From a virus: a stretch of 64,000 nucleotides of DNA. The stretch lies in the IMG/VR virus record IMGVR_UViG_3300045988_125206; one strand, written 5' to 3'. Of the stretch, positions 59,934 through 64,000 are shown in pieces; the stretch's first letter is position 1, and each line of letters opens with the position of its first letter. The notes beneath the pieces are model-generated. The model ran no database searches. It was not told the origin of the DNA and was given only the letters and a program-made list of their open reading frames with translations. Position numbers and translations under genes: made by a program.

Positions 59934-61022
59934 ATGATTTATTTAGATAATAATGCAACAACTAAACCTTTTCCAGAAGCAATCAAAATATTTGAAGAAT
60001 CTTCTTTTGCTAATCCGCATTCAACTCATTCTGCGGGATTATTAGCAGATAAAGAGCTACAGTCCGCAAAAGCAAGTATCGCAAAAGATATTGACTGCGA
60101 GCCAGATGAGATATATTTTGTAGGAAGTCCAACAGAAGCATGTAATTGGGCAATTCAAATTTTACGAGATAAAGAATGTAAAATAAATTATCATAAATAT
60201 GAACATAGTGCAGTATTAAAACCTATTTTAGCCTTTCCAGAAGTAGAGAATCCTAAACGAAATGGATATGTACAAATGCTTGTAAATAATATTTATGGAG
60301 AAATTTATAATATCCCTATAAGAGAACATGAAGATGATATTATTTTTTGTGATGGTACTGCGGCAATTGGACATATTCCTTTTAGCTTTAAAGAATCCGG
60401 TATTGATATGCTTGCTTTTGGAGCACATAAATTTAATGGATTAAGAGGAATCGCTTGTTTAATAATTAAAAAAGATTTACTTCCAGTACGTTCATTGTTA
60501 TGGGGTGGAGATATAACTGGCGGCACTCCTTGCCAAGGTCTTGCCTCTGCAATGGCATATGCTTTACATAAAAATATTGAGCATATGAGTGAAAATATAA
60601 AAAAGACTAAAGAAATGCAAGATTATATTATTAATGAACTAACTACAATTCCATTTTCACGAATTAATGGACCAATAGGAAATAATAGAATTTCTAATAA
60701 TGTAAATATTAGTTTTTCATATATATCTGGTTCAGATTTACAAAAATATCTTAGTGATTATAATATTTGCGTTTCTACTGGAAGTGCTTGTGATTCAAGC
60801 AGTTTTGTTGAATCCAGAGGTGGTATTTGTGTGCGGCCATTAAAAAAAGATAATCAAAGAGAGCCTGAATTAGTTACAATATTTAAAGCTGGTGGAATGG
60901 ATGAAGATGATGCAAAAAGCTCAATTAGAATCACTTTAGACGCAAATTATAATACCATGGAAGAAATCACAGAATTTGTTAGTACACTTAAAAATATTAT
61001 TGAATTAAATAGACCTATATAA
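59934..61022 (+). CDS. cysteine desulfurase (NifS/IscS/DndA-like class V aminotransferase)
   Basis: IYLDNNATTKP N-terminus. PLP lysine FGAHKFNG. Catalytic cysteine loop STGSACDS. The only convincing plus-strand gene. It has its own TTGATT-18-TATAAT promoter, a GAGGAGG RBS and a terminator hairpin. Confidence 0.85.
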   Translation: MIYLDNNATTKPFPEAIKIFEESSFANPHSTHSAGLLADKELQSAKASIAKDIDCEPDEIYFVGSPTEACNWAIQILRDKECKINYHKYEHSAVLKPILAFPEVENPKRNGYVQMLVNNIYGEIYNIPIREHEDDIIFCDGTAAIGHIPFSFKESGIDMLAFGAHKFNGLRGIACLIIKKDLLPVRSLLWGGDITGGTPCQGLASAMAYALHKNIEHMSENIKKTKEMQDYIINELTTIPFSRINGPIGNNRISNNVNISFSYISGSDLQKYLSDYNICVSTGSACDSSSFVESRGGICVRPLKKDNQREPELVTIFKAGGMDEDDAKSSIRITLDANYNTMEEITEFVSTLKNIIELNRPI

Positions 61023-61030
61023 TAAAAAAA

Positions 61031-61054
61031 TCCAGTCTTAATAATAAGACTGGA
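61031..61054. terminator. bidirectional terminator after the cysteine desulfurase gene
   Basis: TCCAGTCTTA-ataa-TAAGACTGGA, followed by TTTTTTGTTTTT on plus and preceded by A7. Confidence 0.7.
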
Positions 61055-61233
61055 TTTTTTGTTTTTCTTTTCGTTCACGTTTATCTCTTTCGATTTTACG
61101 CATTTCTTTTAGTCGTTTACAATTACGACATCCATGATGATTACAATTACAATCCCAACAACCATCAGTATCAAGCCAAAACCATTTTGGTGGTTGCGGA
61201 TTAGGTTTGCGAAAAATCTTTTTCTTGCTCATC
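61038..61233 (-). CDS. small basic Cys-rich protein (internal start MSKKKIF of ORF 61038..61400)
   Basis: C-terminal CWDCNCNHHGCRNCK. The N-terminal 60 aa of the long ORF look non-coding and overlap the upstream gene. Confidence 0.3.
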
Positions 61234-61482
61234 CATACTCTCCCATCTGCGGCGGTCCATTCGACACCAGTTACGCTTGCCCGCACTATAATGCCCTTTT
61301 GGATTTGTTTTAAATTGACCAGAGCAACATTCACATGAACAAAAATTTTTATTTTTACTATAGGCATGAAGATTTCTATACCATCCATCTTCCCATCCAT
61401 ATACTACTTCAGCAACATATCTTTTATGCTTTGCTTTTCTAATAGATTGTTTTCTTCTAATTCCTCTGGCATTTCTCCGCAT
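61201..61482 (-). CDS. small basic Cys-rich protein
   Basis: FCSCECCSGQ. Confidence 0.4.
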   Translation of the reverse strand: MRRNARGIRRKQSIRKAKHKRYVAEVVYGWEDGWYRNLHAYSKNKNFCSCECCSGQFKTNPKGHYSAGKRNWCRMDRRRWESMDEQEKDFSQT

Positions 61483-61529
61483 ATGAAACCTCCTATATTA
61501 AAAATATAAGGGGCATATGCCCCTTTATA

Positions 61530-61880
61530 TTAAAGTGTTTTTTCAATAGCCGCAACATTGGCTTTTGCTACATTGCAAGCCTCATTTGCGTCTAAAAGGT
61601 ATTCCTGCATCTTCGCAAGGTGTTTTTGAGCTTCGATAAGCTCCTGAAGAGCCTCAGAAACTTTACTTGCAGCTCTCTTAGCTCTTTTCTCTGCAATCTT
61701 TGCATTACAACGAGCAATAGCAAGCTCAGTACCTTTCTCTACATCAAATGTATCTCTTGGATCTGCTTTTGCATAGCCTTTTACATTTTTACCTGCATAA
61801 GTGCTTACCGCAATTACTTTCCGCTGATTCTGATCTACAAATACCCGATATTTTTCTTTACCAAAAGTAGTTTTCATCAT
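61530..61880 (-). CDS. hypothetical protein
   Basis: 116 aa, GC-richer, coiled-coil C-terminus. Promoter upstream and terminator downstream. Confidence 0.4.
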   Translation of the reverse strand: MMKTTFGKEKYRVFVDQNQRKVIAVSTYAGKNVKGYAKADPRDTFDVEKGTELAIARCNAKIAEKRAKRAASKVSEALQELIEAQKHLAKMQEYLLDANEACNVAKANVAAIEKTL

Positions 61881-62411
61881 TTTTTAAATCTCCTTTATTT
61901 CTTATCTTTATTATAAATATATTATATAATATTTTTTATATAAAATCAATATAGTAATCTTTTTGTCTAAAAAATTCTAAAACGCTTTTTTATTTTGGGT
62001 TTGCGGTTCTCTCGTTCGGGTCCGGCGCGAGCAGCTTATGCTTTTCATATGAGCTGGGTTTTTATAAAAAAAATAGTCAATAAAAACTTTTTCATGCGAC
62101 CCCTTACTCTGCAAGCGTTCATTGTTCATGCTCCTTGCACTAAACCCACCTATAAAATCCATCAGGGGCCTGGTTCACTACTTTAGTTTTTATTAACTAT
62201 TTTCCCATTAACAAAGTCTTTATTCAATATGGTCAACTTAAATAGGATTGTTTAAAAAACTGTGTTAAGGATACCTTATAATTCGTGCCATATTCACTAC
62301 ACATAAATAAAATACCTATTATTTTTTAAGAGCCTGCTTACCTCTTATGCAGCAGTTAGTCCCTGCTTGCCGAAGCCAGTTATTAAAGGGAACTGTTAGG
62401 TTGCACCCTGA

Positions 62412-62494
62412 TGGGGAGTGATGGAGTCGAACCACCCGAGACCGAAGCCACCAGTTTTACAGACTGGCCTGCTACCCCTACAGTATAACTCCCC
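62412..62494 (-). tRNA. tRNA-Tyr (GTA), type II
   Basis: Acceptor GGGGAGT/ACTCCCC, anticodon stem CCAGT/ACTGG with loop CTGTAAA, long variable arm, T-arm GGTGGTTCGACTCCATC. Confidence 0.75.
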
Positions 62495-62500
62495 AAATTT

Positions 62501-62851
62501 TTAAACAAAATCAACTTTATCAAACATTGGAGCATAACTCTTAACATGATTATGAGTTAAAACACCCATTAAAGTTTCTTTATCATTTTCTTCTATAATA
62601 TAAATATGAGCTGTATCACTTGTAATAGCTTGTCTACCTCTTGGAGCAGTTAATAATTTAGCACATTTCTCAACTCTTTGCATATCAGTTGTGTTTAATT
62701 CCATGCGTCCTCGACTACCGATAACCGCAAATATTGGTTTACCATTTTTAATTTTTGGTTTTGTATTAATAATTTTGCCGCACCAATTAATATTATATTC
62801 TTCATGCACATCTGTTACAATGAGATGAGTTTTTACTAAAACCTCTGCCAT
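62501..62851 (-). CDS. hypothetical protein
   Basis: 116-aa ORF. Confidence 0.4.
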   Translation of the reverse strand: MAEVLVKTHLIVTDVHEEYNINWCGKIINTKPKIKNGKPIFAVIGSRGRMELNTTDMQRVEKCAKLLTAPRGRQAITSDTAHIYIIEENDKETLMGVLTHNHVKSYAPMFDKVDFV

Positions 62852-62856
62852 TATTT

Positions 62857-63048
62857 TTACCCCTTAAAAGAATTAAAAAAATTCATTATATCTTCATTCA
62901 CCTGTCTTGTTTCGATATTCTCACTCCTTGGAGCAGATTTAGAAATATAAGATGGATGTTGCTCTTTCCAACAGGAAAGAAAATGTTTTGAAAGACTTTC
63001 TTCTTTTTCAAATTTTCTTTTACAAGTAGGACAAATATACATATTCAA
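62857..63048 (-). CDS. Zn-ribbon protein
   Basis: CPTCKRK...H..SC. Confidence 0.35.
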   Translation of the reverse strand: MNMYICPTCKRKFEKEESLSKHFLSCWKEQHPSYISKSAPRSENIETRQVNEDIMNFFNSFKG

Positions 63049-63482
63049 TCTCCTTTTATTTATAAGCTACTCTTGTAGAAATAGTGTGATTAAAAATAGC
63101 CAGATACTGAAATATTCTTTCTTAGCAGGAAAGCGCCCTATATGAGCAGTATAATTGCTGTATGTATCTGTTTATTCACTTCATTAAAAGATGACGCTTT
63201 TAATGAAATTAGCTTTCGATACCATCTCTGTCAAGCCCTTAGCTTATAAGGACAGTGAAGTGTAAGCCCCTCACCAGAATCTCATGCTTCCCATTGATTT
63301 ACAAGGCTATAGCACAAAGCAACCTTGGGAGACTCTCATAGGTCATCTATGGCTGAGCATCTTCCTCAACTCAGACTTTAAAATATTAAATCGTACTACT
63401 TATTCCTAAACTATTTCGTAGCTATCTCCATCAGCACCATTTCAGATACCATACACATGAGATTTTATGATTTAATATTAAG

Positions 63483-63554
63483 CTGGGGTAGCTGGATTCG
63501 AACCAGCGAATACAGGAGTCAAAGTCCTGGGCCTTACCGCTTGGCGATACCCCA
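63483..63554 (-). tRNA. tRNA-Gln (TTG)
   Basis: U1:A72 acceptor TGGGGTA/TACCCCA is typical of tRNA-Gln. Anticodon stem CAGGA/TCCTG with loop CTTTGAC. T-arm GCTGGTTCGAATCCAGC. Confidence 0.75.
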
Positions 63555-63602
63555 TCATTTCAAGACACATTTTGAATTATTGCCTAACCACTTGGCTATT
63601 TA

Positions 63603-63650
63603 TGCACCCTGAGCATAAAACTGGATTCGAACCAGTGTTAATAATTTGCT
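63603..63650 (-). ncRNA. tRNA-like fragment (T-arm plus acceptor-like 3' strand, no anticodon arm)
   Basis: Minus strand reads ...CACTGGTTCGAATCCAGTTTTATGC. No matching 5' acceptor strand or D/anticodon arms were found in the window. Confidence 0.3.
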
Positions 63651-64000
63651 ATAAGCAAAATTTGCTGTGTGTGTCTTAAAAAGATATTTCTTAAATTTTT
63701 AAAAGAGAGGTTTTTAATTAACAAGACTCGTAAAGTTCTAATAGTAATCCTATCAATAATCCCTATTTACTTCAACTCAAATTATTGGTCATCGGCTGGA
63801 GCCGGACTACCGGCGTTCTTGTTTTCCTTTTAACTGTATTAAAAGAAATTTGCTGATCCGAGTCTATTATATTTTTAATAATCGGGTGGATTTGCACTCG
63901 CCTTACTTCTGTAACCTACAGAACCCTCAGAAGATAAACTTCCTTAGCACCTTGCAATTATTATTTACTTTATATATTTATTATATCATTTATTTTATAA

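Noticed and set aside
61038-61400. Full-length 120-aa ORF overlapping ORF 61201..61482 in another frame
   Set aside because: The N-terminal 60 residues are hydrophobic and low-complexity and overlap a better gene. Only the C-terminal Cys-rich part, from the internal MSKKK start (about 61233), looks coding. A programmed frameshift joining the two was considered, but nothing specific supports it.
63560-64000. tmRNA hypothesis for the tRNA-like T-arm/acceptor fragment at 63603-63650 and the upstream sequence
   Set aside because: No complementary 5' acceptor strand (GCATAAA), no pseudoknot series and no plausible tag ORF ending in hydrophobic Ala/Leu residues could be found within the window. 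It is left as an unexplained tRNA-like fragment.

Overview
The window reads as a 64-kb segment of a large, AT-rich (about 30% GC) virulent-type bacteriophage genome. All recognisable genes but one are on the minus strand. I could not run a similarity search, so every product call rests on motifs read by eye from the translations.

From 1 to about 26 kb there is a DNA replication and recombination module:
- a DnaE-type Pol III alpha that appears to be interrupted by a group I intron carrying a GIY-YIG homing endonuclease;
- a Dda/RecD-like helicase, a RecJ-like DHH exonuclease, a primase and a DnaB-like helicase;
- a Sak4-like ATPase and a possible ssDNA-binding protein;
- an NAD-dependent ligase, GyrA-like and GyrB-like topoisomerase II subunits, and RNase H.

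Next comes a lysis cassette with a holin and a large endolysin, followed by a PhoH-like protein. A long accessory region follows. It contains:
- a flotillin/SPFH protein, three calcineurin-like phosphoesterases and a Pnk-like kinase;
- a PurA-like adenylosuccinate synthetase homolog, vWA proteins and a Met/Gly-rich protein;
- an RNA ligase, a DEDD exonuclease, a nucleotidyltransferase and a small SpoT-like HD hydrolase;
- a frameshifted Thg1-like gene, a LAGLIDADG homing endonuclease, a PARG-like macro-domain protein and a DUF2828-like protein with a C-terminal vWA domain.

At 55.6-63.6 kb there is a tRNA cluster (Cys, Lys, Gly, Leu, Tyr, Gln). Within it one tRNA is split by an insertion that carries tRNA-Lys and a PD-(D/E)xK nuclease ORF, and there are several unexplained structured non-coding stretches. 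Also here are an AAA ATPase, a GT8 glycosyltransferase and the only plus-strand gene, a cysteine desulfurase.

A sigma70-like promoter element, TTGATT-17-TATAAT followed by a conserved leader, recurs more than 20 times in intergenic gaps. It is usually fused to the U-tract of an upstream terminator hairpin.
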